A stretch of DNA of 64,000 nucleotides, from positions 1-64,000 of the forward strand of contig JAUWOR010000007.1 of NCBI GenBank assembly GCA_030612025.1, in the 5' to 3' direction. This document shows, piece by piece, positions 1 to 10,314 of the stretch. Source of the stretch: Dehalococcoidia bacterium (GTDB lineage Bacteria; Chloroflexota; Dehalococcoidia; GIF9; AB-539-J10). The translations under genes were made by a program, and so were the position numbers. Each line of letters opens with the position of its first letter. The first letter of the stretch is position 1. Below the pieces are notes generated by a model, which saw only the letters and a list, made by a program, of their open reading frames with translations, was not told the DNA's origin and did not search any database.

Positions 1-116
1 TGTAGTTGCCCAATTTATTGGGCGACTGTTTACAAATGTAGTGCGAGGCTTTAGCCTCGTGCACGACCTTAAAAGGTCGCACTACGAAAATCTGATTGAG
101 GCAAAATTAAACACCC
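1..116. repeat. Palindromic MITE/REPIN-like element (family A, left end outside window)
   Basis: tgtagttgcccaatttattgggcgac hairpin, nested gtagtgcgagg...cgcactac hairpins, ends ttaaacaccc; related copies at 35811, 39885, 43121, 52061. Confidence 0.8.
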
Positions 117-293
117 TGAAATTCTAGAGGGAAGTTAAGAATGGTAAAAGCGATAATTACTCTTACCCCTACCCATTCCAAGAAGTTTATAGCCATGGCA
201 GTAAGCCGGATGGAAGCGGAATCATTGCAGCCATAATGGCCCAAATGGGCTTTGATGAGCAGGTACCATTTTTGAAAGTAAGGAGGCAACAAA

Positions 294-1472
294 ATGGAAA
301 ATCAAGAGTTAATCAAATGTTGTATTATGCGTGGTGGTACTAGTAAAGCCATTTTTTTAATGAGAAACGATCTTCCGAAAGACGAGGAGCTTAGGGATCG
401 TATTATCCGACGCATATTTGGGGCTCCCGATATCCGCGAAATCGATGGATTGGGGGGAGCCGACCCATTAACGAGTAAGTTAGCCGTAATCGGACCGTCA
501 AGCCGAGAAGATTGCAATGTCGACTACCTTTTTGGCCAGGTAAATATGGTGGAGCCCATGATTGATTACGTGGGAAACTGTGGAAACATCTCATCGGCTG
601 TAGGCCCCTTTGCCATTGATGAAGGGCTTGTGGATGCTGTAGAGCCAATAACGACAGTTAGGATCCATCAGGTAAACACCAACAGCGTTATTATTGCCAA
701 GGTCCCAGTGAAAGGCAATAAAGCTGAAGTCGAAGGTAGCCACGTTATTCCAGGAGTTCCCGGAACTGGTGCAAAAATAGTTTTAGATTTCTCGGACAGT
801 GCCGGGGCTATCACGGGTAAACTTCTCCCCACAGGAAATGTTACCGATGTTCTACACGTAGAGGACGAAGGAGATATTGAGGTTTCTCTTGTTGATGCAG
901 CTAATCCTTTGGTCTTTATCCGAGCGAAAGATTTAGGCCTTATTGGTGCCGAAACGCCTCAAGAAATAGACTCTAATGCGGAATTGCTAGCAAGAATTGA
1001 AAAGATAAGGAGTTTTGCAGCACAAAAAATCGGTCTTGTGGATGATTGGAGGAAAGCAACAAGCAAACGGCCTTACATACCATTTTTCGCTATCTGTGCT
1101 CCTCCCATGTCTTATAGAGATTGGACTACTGGCAAACTGGTGAATGAAAATTCCATGGACTTATCTATTCGACTACTTTTCATGCAAAAAATGCATAAGA
1201 CTTACCCTGTCACAGGAACAATTTGCACAGTAGCAGCCGCAATGATTCCCGGCACTATAGCAAACCAGGTAGCTCGGCGCGGAATCATTGAGAAAGGCGA
1301 GCTCCGTATCGGTCATCCTGCAGGTGTTATCATCAGTGAGGGTAAGGTGGATAATGAAAATGGAGCTTTTGTGCTTAGGAAAGCGACAGCGGACAGAACA
1401 GCTCGATGTTTGATGAAGGGTTATGCGTATATTCCGAAGAATATTTTTAATGAAAAATTCGAGAAAAGGTAA
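294..1472 (+). CDS. PrpF/Mii family isomerase (methylaconitate / 3-methylitaconate isomerase-like)
   Basis: MRGGTSK, DGLGGADPLTSK, GNCGNISSAVGPFA, HKTYPVTG and GHPAG motifs; RBS aggagg. Confidence 0.9.
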   Translation: MENQELIKCCIMRGGTSKAIFLMRNDLPKDEELRDRIIRRIFGAPDIREIDGLGGADPLTSKLAVIGPSSREDCNVDYLFGQVNMVEPMIDYVGNCGNISSAVGPFAIDEGLVDAVEPITTVRIHQVNTNSVIIAKVPVKGNKAEVEGSHVIPGVPGTGAKIVLDFSDSAGAITGKLLPTGNVTDVLHVEDEGDIEVSLVDAANPLVFIRAKDLGLIGAETPQEIDSNAELLARIEKIRSFAAQKIGLVDDWRKATSKRPYIPFFAICAPPMSYRDWTTGKLVNENSMDLSIRLLFMQKMHKTYPVTGTICTVAAAMIPGTIANQVARRGIIEKGELRIGHPAGVIISEGKVDNENGAFVLRKATADRTARCLMKGYAYIPKNIFNEKFEKR

Positions 1473-1475
1473 AAA

Positions 1476-3155
1476 ATGCCAGAAATAAAGGAGGGGTTTT
1501 TAGAAACAGGTGTTTTAGTCATTGGCGCTGGTGGTGCAGGGTTGAGAGCTGCCATCGAAGCCCAGAATGTGGGTGCCAAAGTTTTGATTGTCTCGAAGGG
1601 AGACTTTTCCTCTGGTTGTACGACTGTTGCGATGGGGGCGATGTCAGCGGCTTTTGCTAAGCAAGATAGTGCCGACCGCCACTTTAGGGACACGATCCGT
1701 GCAGGTTGTTATCTGAATAACCAAAAATTAGTGAGAATACTTGTAAATCATGCCCCCAAAAGAGTTAAGGATCTTGAGCGGTACAGGACTGAGTTCGAAA
1801 AGGAGGGTGAGTGTTACAAGCCTTTTCCGTTTACTGGCAATTCGGTCCCGCGGGGTGTTTTAGCGCTTGAGCCTTACCAAGGAGGATATATCGAGGGGCT
1901 GATTGAGGAGGTGAAAAGGCTCGGTATTGATTTCCTTAGTCACGTGATGATAATTGATTTGATCAAAGAGAAAAATGCAGTTGTGGGTGCTGTAGGTTTA
2001 GAACTCGAAACAGATACCATTTTAATAATAAATGCTAAAGCGGTAATTCTTGCTACCGGGGGAGCTGGGAATTTATATCCTTTTACAACCAATCCATCTG
2101 ATGTCGCCGGAGATGGATATGCTCTGGCATATAAGGTGTGCGCCCAGTTATCAGACATGGAATTTATACAGAGCAGGGTATGTATGATTTATCCTAAAGC
2201 GATGCGCGGAACACCCCCTCCAGCAGATGGGCTGGTGACCTTTGGGGGAAGATTTTATAACGGATTGTGTGAACGTTACATGAGGAAATATTATCCTGAG
2301 AAATTGGAGCTTGTTACCCGCGACGCAATGGCAATATGTGCCCAGAAAGAAATAGAGGCCGGGCGGCGTAGCCCACATGGAGGAATGTTTGGTGATTTAT
2401 CAGGTGTTCCAAAAGAGGAATTATATAAGTTTAGGAAATTTATGAAGGCCTGCGCTGGAGAAAGTTTTGATCCTACGTGGCAGCCATATGAGTGGGCCCC
2501 TGGAGCCCATCACTTTATGGGAGGGGTTGTCATCAATGAGAAGTGTGAGACAGGAATACATGGGCTCTACGCTGCCGGTGAAGTGGCCTCTGGAGTCCAT
2601 GGTGCCAATCGTCTGGCAGGAAATGCCTTAACAGAAACCCAGGTCTTTGGAACAATAGCAGGTAAGTGGGCAGCAAAAAGGGCACTCTCAGTCTCGCGCA
2701 CACCTATACCTCCAGGTCAAATTAACTTAGTCAGAAATCTCATCGTGGAAATTTTCAAGCGAGACAAAGGTTTTGATCCTCTCGAGGTAAAGGAAGAGCT
2801 CACAGGGATCGTGGGGAAGTATGTGGGAGTTATTAGAAACGAAGATGGACTTCGAAAGGCTATTCAAACGTTTGATAAGACTAAGGAAAACAAAATAGGT
2901 AACCTATGTCTTGTGGGCGAACGGTCGTTTAAAACACTTGCTAAGCTTTTAGAGGTTGTAAATCTCCTGATGATTGGGCGATTTGTTACATTAGCTGCGA
3001 GGATGAGAACAGAAACACGCGGAGCACACCGTAGAGAAGATTATCCTGAATTAGACGAGGGGTGGTCGAAAAACATCGTCTTTCAATTAGAAAACAAACA
3101 AATCACAGTGAAAACGAAACCTGTCATGCAAACCAAAGGAATTTCCAACTTTTAA
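1476..3155 (+). CDS. SdhA/FrdA/NadB-superfamily FAD flavoprotein (TfrA-like)
   Basis: GAGGAG FAD motif, LATGG, HHFMGG, GEVASGVHGANRLAGNAL, ETRGAH. Confidence 0.85.
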   Translation: MPEIKEGFLETGVLVIGAGGAGLRAAIEAQNVGAKVLIVSKGDFSSGCTTVAMGAMSAAFAKQDSADRHFRDTIRAGCYLNNQKLVRILVNHAPKRVKDLERYRTEFEKEGECYKPFPFTGNSVPRGVLALEPYQGGYIEGLIEEVKRLGIDFLSHVMIIDLIKEKNAVVGAVGLELETDTILIINAKAVILATGGAGNLYPFTTNPSDVAGDGYALAYKVCAQLSDMEFIQSRVCMIYPKAMRGTPPPADGLVTFGGRFYNGLCERYMRKYYPEKLELVTRDAMAICAQKEIEAGRRSPHGGMFGDLSGVPKEELYKFRKFMKACAGESFDPTWQPYEWAPGAHHFMGGVVINEKCETGIHGLYAAGEVASGVHGANRLAGNALTETQVFGTIAGKWAAKRALSVSRTPIPPGQINLVRNLIVEIFKRDKGFDPLEVKEELTGIVGKYVGVIRNEDGLRKAIQTFDKTKENKIGNLCLVGERSFKTLAKLLEVVNLLMIGRFVTLAARMRTETRGAHRREDYPELDEGWSKNIVFQLENKQITVKTKPVMQTKGISNF

Positions 3156-4408
3156 AAATAAGGGGAAAGTCTTAAATCAGCCATGCCATAATCCTCACTA
3201 ATTCTCAATAACTCATTTAATTTTGCTAATCTCTCACCTCCCAACACTCCGGTTTTAATCATGCTTAACTGCCACCCTACGGCAATATGGGCAATAGATG
3301 CATCATATGTTTCGCCTGAACGATGAGAAACTACGACTTTCACTTCATTTTCTTGAGCGATTTTAAAAGTTTCCAATGTGGCGGTAAGTGTTCCAACCTG
3401 ATTAGGTTTTAAAATCATTGCATTTGCAGAGTTAAGCTTTATGCCCCTTTTAGTCCTTTCTGGATTACTGGCAAAAAGATCATCTGCACAGATAAGACAG
3501 CATTTTCCATATTTTTTATTTAACAATGCAAAGGATAGAAAATCATCACTGTGAAAAGCATCTTCAATATAAAATAAACTATACCTTTCTATCAATGAAG
3601 ATAAAAAATTTATTTGTTCTTCAGCAGTCCTACTTTTGCCTTCACGCTGATATTCATATTCCTTTGTTTCAGGATTCCAGAGTCGGTCTGCAGCCAGATC
3701 AAGCCCAATCCCAAATCTAATACCCGTTTTTTCTGTTACTTCACGGCAAACATCATAAATAATATCCAAAGCTTCAACATCTGTTAAATTAGCTACCCAC
3801 GCCCTTTCGTCATCCATGCCACCGGCAAAACTCAAATCCTTCACTTCCAAAGCTTTACCTATCTTTTCATGAACCTTAATATTAGCTGTTACTGCCTCTT
3901 CAATATTCCGAGCACCAATAGGAGCCACAAGATGTTCTTGCATGTCAGGGGCTGATCCCATACCATGTGCCCCACCACCAATCATGTTGCCCAAAGGATA
4001 TGGATAGGTAAAATTATTATTTAAAGCAAGGTATTTATATAAAGGCATCTTTAATGCTGAAGCTGCAGCCTTGGCAACTGCCAAGGATATGGATGAGGAA
4101 GTATTTCCCCCGATTCGTTCAAAATTATTCGTACCATCAATTTCCCTCAAAATTGAATCAATTCTCTCTTGGTCAGTTGAAGATAATCCCAATATTTTTG
4201 GTTTAATTTCGGTCTCAATAATTTCTATTGATTTGTTAAGTCCTTCTGGTGAATAAGCAGGCACTTCAAATTTCCCCCTGCTCCCCGGTGCACCAAATGG
4301 AGCAGCTACTCTTCCAAAACCATTTTCTGTAATAATATCAATTTCTAAAGTCTCTACTCCTCTACTATCGAAAACTTTTCTTGCTAACATATTTTTGATT
4401 GTGGGCAT
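3152..4408 (-). CDS. eno: Enolase, archaeal-like
   Basis: FDSRG, GGNT, NMIGGGAH, IEDAF, LKPNQVGT, VSHRSGET, ERLAKLNELLRI. Confidence 0.85.
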   Translation of the reverse strand: MPTIKNMLARKVFDSRGVETLEIDIITENGFGRVAAPFGAPGSRGKFEVPAYSPEGLNKSIEIIETEIKPKILGLSSTDQERIDSILREIDGTNNFERIGGNTSSSISLAVAKAAASALKMPLYKYLALNNNFTYPYPLGNMIGGGAHGMGSAPDMQEHLVAPIGARNIEEAVTANIKVHEKIGKALEVKDLSFAGGMDDERAWVANLTDVEALDIIYDVCREVTEKTGIRFGIGLDLAADRLWNPETKEYEYQREGKSRTAEEQINFLSSLIERYSLFYIEDAFHSDDFLSFALLNKKYGKCCLICADDLFASNPERTKRGIKLNSANAMILKPNQVGTLTATLETFKIAQENEVKVVVSHRSGETYDASIAHIAVGWQLSMIKTGVLGGERLAKLNELLRISEDYGMADLRLSPYF

Positions 4409-4484
4409 ATTCCACCTCTATTTAAATATTAAAAATCTCTTGTCCCGAGACAATTTTAACACATTTGGAGAAAATGCAAGGCTT

Positions 4485-4640
4485 TGTACTCGTTCAGATG
4501 ATTAATGACACTTTCTCCTTTCTCTGATTTTGTTGATGGTGCTCCAGAAATTCCTGTGGAGTAAGATATCCCAATGCCTGATGAGGGCGGATAGTATTAT
4601 ACATATTCTCCCACTTCAGCAAAGCTTCCTGAAGTAAGAA
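4485..4640 (-). pseudogene. IS481-like transposase C-terminal remnant with terminal repeat
   Basis: Minus strand translates to LQEALLKWENMYNTIRPHQALGYLTPQEFLEH (integrase-core C-terminus); end sequence tgtactcgttcagatgattaatgacac matches the element at 30919. Confidence 0.7.
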
Positions 4641-4884
4641 CCTTCCACTGCTCTGATTGCCACTGCTCTGATTGCCCCGTCTCTATCTGTCTCGGGATAA
4701 GGATGCCTTGATTTGAATTAGTTAAAAAATGTTACAGATTACTGCAGAAATCTTGCCTAACTAGGCTGCAAATTTGGCGACTGTAGCAAACACTTTGATT
4801 ATTAGCGATGTGATATTGAGGGCAAATTTCACTATTGACAAATTTAGACACCCTGTGCAAAAATAAGCCATCAAATTAAATAGG

Positions 4885-5160
4885 GGAAAGGCTGAGAACA
4901 GGACTAGTACAGCTTGAGGCGGAGTTCAGAGAGTCGGAGTAGGTGTGAGCCGATACTTGCGCAAATTTGGAATGGACATGGGAGCCGCAAACCGAAAGGC
5001 TATTACACTTAGTAGGTTTTGTCGCAAAGGGCAGCGTTATCACAGCCCAGGGTATCGCTAGTATTTTTAGCTGTACCCGAAAAGAGATGGTCGTAAGACC
5101 GAAATAGGGTGGCACCGCGAAGGTTGAGCCTCTCGCCCCTTAGGCGAGAGGTTTTTTATT
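4885..5160 (+). promoter_or_regulatory. T-box riboswitch, Trp specifier
   Basis: agta, cagagag and ggtgtga stem-I motifs; gaa-TGG specifier at 4973-4975; T-box aatagggtggcaccgcg at 5103-5119; terminator cctctcgcc/ggcgagagg + T-run; upstream of trpB2. Confidence 0.92.
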
Positions 5161-5182
5161 TTATTGGTAGGAGGTTTTGACC

Positions 5183-5272
5183 ATGTTTATCACATTGCAG
5201 CTCTGGCGCCGGCCAGCGGCGCCGAAACATCAAAACTTAAAAAGCAATCAAATTAACAAAGAAAGGAGATAA
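5183..5272 (+). CDS. Putative 29-aa leader peptide [29 protein letters not shown]
   Basis: aggagg RBS upstream; one Trp codon followed by a GC hairpin; last codons overlap the trpB2 RBS. Confidence 0.45.
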   Translation: MFITLQLWRRPAAPKHQNLKSNQINKERR

Positions 5273-5274
5273 AA

Positions 5275-6639
5275 ATGGATAAGAGAACAAAGTTTACCCT
5301 CGACGAAAAAGAAATACCTACTCATTGGTATAACATCCAGGCAGATTTGCCCGAGCCACTGCCACCAGTTTTGCACCCAGGCACAGGAAAGCCGGTAACC
5401 CCCGATGATCTGGCTCCTCTATTCCCTATGGAATTAATCAAGCAAGAGGTAAGCACTGAAAGGTGGATTGAAATCCCTGAGGAGGTGCGAGAGGTCTATA
5501 AGCTGTGGAGGCCCACAACTCTATTTCGGGCACATAGGTTGGAGAAGGCCCTGGATACGCCGGCCAAGATTTTCTATAAATATGAGGGGACAAGTCCTCC
5601 TGGGAGTCACAAACCTAACACTGCTGTAGCTCAGGCCTACTATAGCAAGATAGAAGGAGCCAAGCGTATCACCACCGAGACTGGAGCTGGTCAATGGGGC
5701 AGCGCTCTCTCCTTTGGCTGTGCTACCTTTGGTCTGGAGTGCAAGGTCTACATGGTCAGGATTAGTTACAACCAAAAGCCATATCGCCGCATCATGATGG
5801 AGACCTGGGGAGCTAAATGTATCCCCAGTCCCAGTTCGGATACCAAGGCAGGGCAAGCTATGCTGGCAAAAGCCCCTGATTGTCCCGGTAGCCTGGGGCT
5901 GGCTATCAGTGAGGCAGTAGAGGATGCCGTCTCTCGCGATGATACTCACTATGCCCTGGGCAGCGTGCTTAACCATGTCCTACTGCATCAAACCGTTAAT
6001 GGCCAGGAAGCAAAAAGGCTGATGGAGCAGGCAGATGCCTATCCAGACATTATCGTGGGCTGCATCGGCGGTGGCTCAAACTTCGCCGGCCTGTTTTTGC
6101 CCTTTGTAAAAGACAAAATCGACGGGATAAAACCAGACCTGCGCATCATCAATGTAGAGCCGGCAAGCTGCCCTACCACTACCAAGGGACCCTATGCCTA
6201 TGACTTTGGCGATGAAGCTGGCCTCACCCCCCTAATCAAGATGTTTACCCTGGGACATGGCTTTATTCCACCTCCAATTCACGCTGGTGGCCTGCGCTAT
6301 CATGGGATGGCACCAATCATATGCCACCTTCTGAGACTAGGCTTAGTTGAAGCCAGAGCTGAACATCAGCTTGCCACCTTCCAGGCTGGCATAACCTTCG
6401 CCCGCACTGAGGGAATCATCAGCGCCCCAGAGCCAAACCACGCCATCAAGGTAGTCATTGACGAAGCCCTGAAGTGCAGGGAGGCTGGTGAGTCAAAAAC
6501 CATCCTGCTAGCGCATAGCGGACATGGACATGTTGATATGGCTGCCTACGATGCCTATCTCTCAGGCAAACTCGAGGACTACGAGTATCCTGATGAGAAG
6601 ATACAGGAGGCTCTGGCTCAGCTGCCGAAAGTAGGCTAA
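5275..6639 (+). CDS. trpB2: Tryptophan synthase beta, TrpB2 type
   Basis: [17 protein letters not shown] (PLP Lys), [26 protein letters not shown]. Confidence 0.95.
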   Translation: MDKRTKFTLDEKEIPTHWYNIQADLPEPLPPVLHPGTGKPVTPDDLAPLFPMELIKQEVSTERWIEIPEEVREVYKLWRPTTLFRAHRLEKALDTPAKIFYKYEGTSPPGSHKPNTAVAQAYYSKIEGAKRITTETGAGQWGSALSFGCATFGLECKVYMVRISYNQKPYRRIMMETWGAKCIPSPSSDTKAGQAMLAKAPDCPGSLGLAISEAVEDAVSRDDTHYALGSVLNHVLLHQTVNGQEAKRLMEQADAYPDIIVGCIGGGSNFAGLFLPFVKDKIDGIKPDLRIINVEPASCPTTTKGPYAYDFGDEAGLTPLIKMFTLGHGFIPPPIHAGGLRYHGMAPIICHLLRLGLVEARAEHQLATFQAGITFARTEGIISAPEPNHAIKVVIDEALKCREAGESKTILLAHSGHGHVDMAAYDAYLSGKLEDYEYPDEKIQEALAQLPKVG

Positions 6640-6650
6640 AGTAGACTACT

Positions 6651-6682
6651 GGTGCCATAGCAGTTAATTGCTATGGCACCAA
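6651..6682 (+). terminator. Hairpin terminator after trpB2
   Basis: ggtgccatagca / tgctatggcacc inverted repeat. Confidence 0.6.
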
Positions 6683-6931
6683 TCATCAACATAGTTACAA
6701 CAAAATCAAGGCAAATAGAATTAATCAACCGGCGGAATGCTCTTGCAAATGTTGAGTTTGCTGCGTTCAATAAAAATTTCTTCGATATGCTTTATTGCCT
6801 CTTCTAAATTTGTAAAGAGGGTGTATAATATTCTACCAACGGCTACAAAAAGAGGAGGAAAACATTTATAGCTGAAGCAGTAGCCGAGTTCTTGCCATAG
6901 TCTTGGAATTGCAAAGGAGATATATATTTTT

Positions 6932-7963
6932 ATGTCAACCACTAGTAAAGCAGTAAGGATAGCAGTGGATACTATGGGGGGTGATTACGCCCCTGAGGAG
7001 ATAATCAAAGGGACAGTTACGGCTGCCAGAAAGGGAGATGTAGGAATCATACTGGTTGGGCCGATAAACATCTTGAAAAGGGAGCTAGCCAAGTACGAAG
7101 TTTCCTATCTCCCTATTAGTTGTGTTAAGGCTGACGAAGTTGTCAAAGAAGGCGAGCATCCGGCTTTCGCCATTCGCCGCAAGCCTAATGCCTCTATAGC
7201 TGTGGCAATAGAGTTGGTAAAAACAGGAGAGGCAGACGCTATAATCAGCGCTGGCCCCACCGGGGCAGCATCTGTTAGTGCTATTAGGTCCCTCGGCCTG
7301 ATGCCAGGAATAGAACGCCCCGTACTCTGCGTACCTCTTGTTGGTTTTGCTCCCAACACAGTGCTTGTAGATGGTGGAGCTAATATCGATTGTAAGCCAC
7401 ATCACTTGCTTTCCTTCGCAGTCATAGGTTCTGTCTATGCCAAGAGATTACTTAATATTAACCAACCCAGGGTAGCTCTCCTGAGCATTGGGCAAGAAGA
7501 GGGTAAAGGCAACAAGTTGATCCAAGAGAGCTATTCACTCCTTAGAGATAGTGGCTTGGATTTTATTGGCACCATAGAAGGCAATGATGTTCTCAGTGAG
7601 CGGGCTAACGTCATTGTCTGTGATGGCATCGTAGGCAACATACTAATGAAGTTTTATGAAAGCTTAGGGCATTATATTGTCAGGTGGCTGGAAGGCAGGC
7701 TGAGCAATTTGCCATTAGTAGGGTCTATTAAGAAACTGCTTGACCAGATGATTTCGTTCACTAAAATAACTGAAAACGAAAGCGACGGCGGAGGTCTGCT
7801 GTGGGGGGTCAATGGCGTAGTTCATTTAATGCATGGGCATAGCCGAGCAAAACAAGTGAGCAAGGCAATAGCAAGAGCAAAATATACTGTCGAAACTAAC
7901 TTAATCGAAGCCTTAAGATTAGATCTAGCTACGATTGGAAGTAAATCGCTTATTACAAAGTAA
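6932..7963 (+). CDS. plsX: Phosphate acyltransferase PlsX
   Basis: IAVDTMGGDYAP, SAGPTGA, GIERP, DGGAN, EEGKGN, VCDG, HGHS. Confidence 0.9.
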   Translation: MSTTSKAVRIAVDTMGGDYAPEEIIKGTVTAARKGDVGIILVGPINILKRELAKYEVSYLPISCVKADEVVKEGEHPAFAIRRKPNASIAVAIELVKTGEADAIISAGPTGAASVSAIRSLGLMPGIERPVLCVPLVGFAPNTVLVDGGANIDCKPHHLLSFAVIGSVYAKRLLNINQPRVALLSIGQEEGKGNKLIQESYSLLRDSGLDFIGTIEGNDVLSERANVIVCDGIVGNILMKFYESLGHYIVRWLEGRLSNLPLVGSIKKLLDQMISFTKITENESDGGGLLWGVNGVVHLMHGHSRAKQVSKAIARAKYTVETNLIEALRLDLATIGSKSLITK

Positions 7964-8726
7964 CCTTCAGTCCTTCATAGCCCAAGCTTATGTCTGCTCT
8001 CAACTCTTCAGCTACCTGGGCTATCTCTTCTTTCACCTTCTGCTCATATGGAGGCGCAATATGAATAATGATGACTCGTGGTAAATATCCCTTGAGCTGG
8101 CGAAACTGAATAAGCTCCTCTTTTAGAGACTGAGGGGAAAGATGGCCGCTTCTTGTAAGCTCACCACTAAATTCATTGGGTGCCGTAACCTCAGTAATAA
8201 GTAGTTTAGGGGAAACATGCTGCCAGCAATCAGTTAGCCCCGGACCTGTATCACCGGTATAAAATAGGCTTCTGCTCTGCGAAGAGGTAATCTGATAACC
8301 TACTGTGGGCACGCTATGTTTTACCGGCAGCGGTAAAACCTCATATCCGGCAATAGCTTCTTTCTTATAAGGCTTAATAGTATTAAGCCTTATAAGCGGT
8401 TTTTCTGCAGATGGAGATTTAAGAAGGTTAGCATATATCTTGCCATCAAGAAGGCAAGGAATGATAACATCAAGAGTATAACGCAAGGCATAAACCTCAA
8501 TTTGACCTTTCCATAGGGCAGTGTTGAAACCCAGGGTAAGCAAATCCCGAGTATGGTCAAAATGATGGTGAGTGAGCAACACTGTTTTGATTTTCTCTTG
8601 CTGTGATAAGGAAAGAGTGGAGGTAAGTCCACCAGCATCTATAGCTAGACATCCATCGATTAGCAAAGAGGTGAGGCGTGTTTTCTCAGTTTCAATATTA
8701 TGGGCACCCAGAATGTGCACTTCCAC
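7953..8726 (-). CDS. MBL-fold hydrolase, class II cAMP phosphodiesterase-like
   Basis: IDAGGL, THHHFDH, HSVP, YTGDTG, GHLSP. Confidence 0.75.
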   Translation of the reverse strand: MEVHILGAHNIETEKTRLTSLLIDGCLAIDAGGLTSTLSLSQQEKIKTVLLTHHHFDHTRDLLTLGFNTALWKGQIEVYALRYTLDVIIPCLLDGKIYANLLKSPSAEKPLIRLNTIKPYKKEAIAGYEVLPLPVKHSVPTVGYQITSSQSRSLFYTGDTGPGLTDCWQHVSPKLLITEVTAPNEFSGELTRSGHLSPQSLKEELIQFRQLKGYLPRVIIIHIAPPYEQKVKEEIAQVAEELRADISLGYEGLKVTL

Positions 8727-8731
8727 TCTAG

Positions 8732-9064
8732 CTAATAACTTATAACCTTGCTGGTAGCATTAGAGAATCTTTGCCACTCAGCTAATTTCTTAGCCAGAAT
8801 TTGACGCCCCTTCTCAGTTAGCTCATAGCATCGCCGCTTCTGTTTCTTGGCTACCAGTTGCCACGAGCTTAACACCAACCCCTCCCTCTCCAAACGGCGC
8901 AAGGCAGAATAAACGGTGCTTTCCGTAAGCTTAAAATAGCCACTGCTTCTTTTCTCTAGTTCCTTGGCAATGCGATAACCATGCATAGGCAACTCGCCAA
9001 TAATAAAGAGCATCAAAGGCTCTACTACACCTCTTAGTAGCTGCTCTAGATGAGATTGAGACAT
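8732..9064 (-). CDS. PadR family transcriptional regulator
   Basis: MHGYRI, ESTVYSALRRLE, RRCYELTEKG. Confidence 0.9.
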   Translation of the reverse strand: MSQSHLEQLLRGVVEPLMLFIIGELPMHGYRIAKELEKRSSGYFKLTESTVYSALRRLEREGLVLSSWQLVAKKQKRRCYELTEKGRQILAKKLAEWQRFSNATSKVISY

Positions 9065-9173
9065 CGTTTTACTAGTATACCATCAGTAGCAAATTAAGTC
9101 ATGCTAACTATGAACCCCGATACAAAATTTTTACCACAAGGATAGTAGTTGATATAATAAATCACAGCGCAAG

Positions 9174-10313
9174 ATGCTAAAGAAGATTAACCATATTTTT
9201 ATAGCATTAATATTGATAAGCCTAATCTTGGGTGCTAGCGGATGTTCCATACCCTTACCATGGTCACCCGCTCAGTCTCTACCCACTCCATCTCCACCCG
9301 CTAACTCGAGTGAATACACTAACCCTGATTGGACATTTCCCTCAGGAAGCAGCCAGACAGCTCAGCCACTGCCCGATATCCGCAGTGTCGTTAGCGAGGC
9401 AATGCCCTCTGTGGTCTCTGTCACCACCAAGATGGTAGTTTATGATATTTTTCAGCGAGAGTATACGCAGTTTGCCGCTGGCTCTGGATTCCTAATTCGT
9501 AGTGAAGAGGGATATGAAGGGTATATTGTTACCAACAACCATGTGGTGCAAAATGCCGAAAAGGTACAAGTGGAATTAGCTGATGGCAGAACTTTCCCGG
9601 CTAACATAGTAGGCACTGATGCTTTAACTGATTTGGCAGTGCTGAAGATAGAGGCAACAGATTTGCCTTATGCCTACTTGGGCGATTCGGACCTGCTTGC
9701 TGTAGGTGATTGGGTAGTGGCTATCGGCAATGCTTTAGGAGAGGGGATAACAGCGACCCACGGTATTGTCAGCCGCCTGAATGTCTCAGTCGCCGTTTCG
9801 GGGAATACCCTTCGTGGTTTAATCCAGACTGATGCGCCTATCAATCCAGGCAACAGCGGTGGACCGTTGGTAAATATATCAGGCGAAGTGGTGGGTATAA
9901 CCAGCGTTAAGGTGGCTACAATTGGAGTAGAAGGCATGGGCTATGCCATAAGCATCAACGAAGCCGGGCCCATTATCCAAGCTTTAATCCACCAGGGTTA
10001 TGTCACCCGCCCCTGGCTAGGAGTGGGATTATACACCGTGGACTCTTTTGTAGCTGCAGTGAACAATCTTTCCGTTAACAAAGGGGCACTCATTGTAGAG
10101 GCAGTTGCTGATAGTCCTGCCGATGTTGCTGGACTAAAAGAGGGAGACGTTATCATTCGGTTTCAAGACAAGGAAATAATTAATACAGATGACCTTATCC
10201 TAGCTATCCATGACTGCCAAATTGGCCAGGGGGTCGAAATAACCTTCGCCAGGGGTGAAGATACTAAAACAACTTGGGCACAACTACAGGAAAGTCCACC
10301 ACCCTGGGATTAG
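9174..10313 (+). CDS. HtrA/DegP serine protease with PDZ domain, probable lipoprotein
   Basis: GSGF, TNNHVV, DLAVLKI, INPGNSGGPL, PDZ; N-terminal signal ending ASGC. Confidence 0.93.
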   Translation: MLKKINHIFIALILISLILGASGCSIPLPWSPAQSLPTPSPPANSSEYTNPDWTFPSGSSQTAQPLPDIRSVVSEAMPSVVSVTTKMVVYDIFQREYTQFAAGSGFLIRSEEGYEGYIVTNNHVVQNAEKVQVELADGRTFPANIVGTDALTDLAVLKIEATDLPYAYLGDSDLLAVGDWVVAIGNALGEGITATHGIVSRLNVSVAVSGNTLRGLIQTDAPINPGNSGGPLVNISGEVVGITSVKVATIGVEGMGYAISINEAGPIIQALIHQGYVTRPWLGVGLYTVDSFVAAVNNLSVNKGALIVEAVADSPADVAGLKEGDVIIRFQDKEIINTDDLILAIHDCQIGQGVEITFARGEDTKTTWAQLQESPPPWD

Positions 10314-10314
10314 C

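Noticed and set aside
4645-4674. 15-bp tandem duplication ccactgctctgattg
   Set aside because: Only two units, beside a decayed IS; most likely slippage
4876-5115. 79-aa minus-strand ORF
   Set aside because: Antisense to the T-box leader; no protein features
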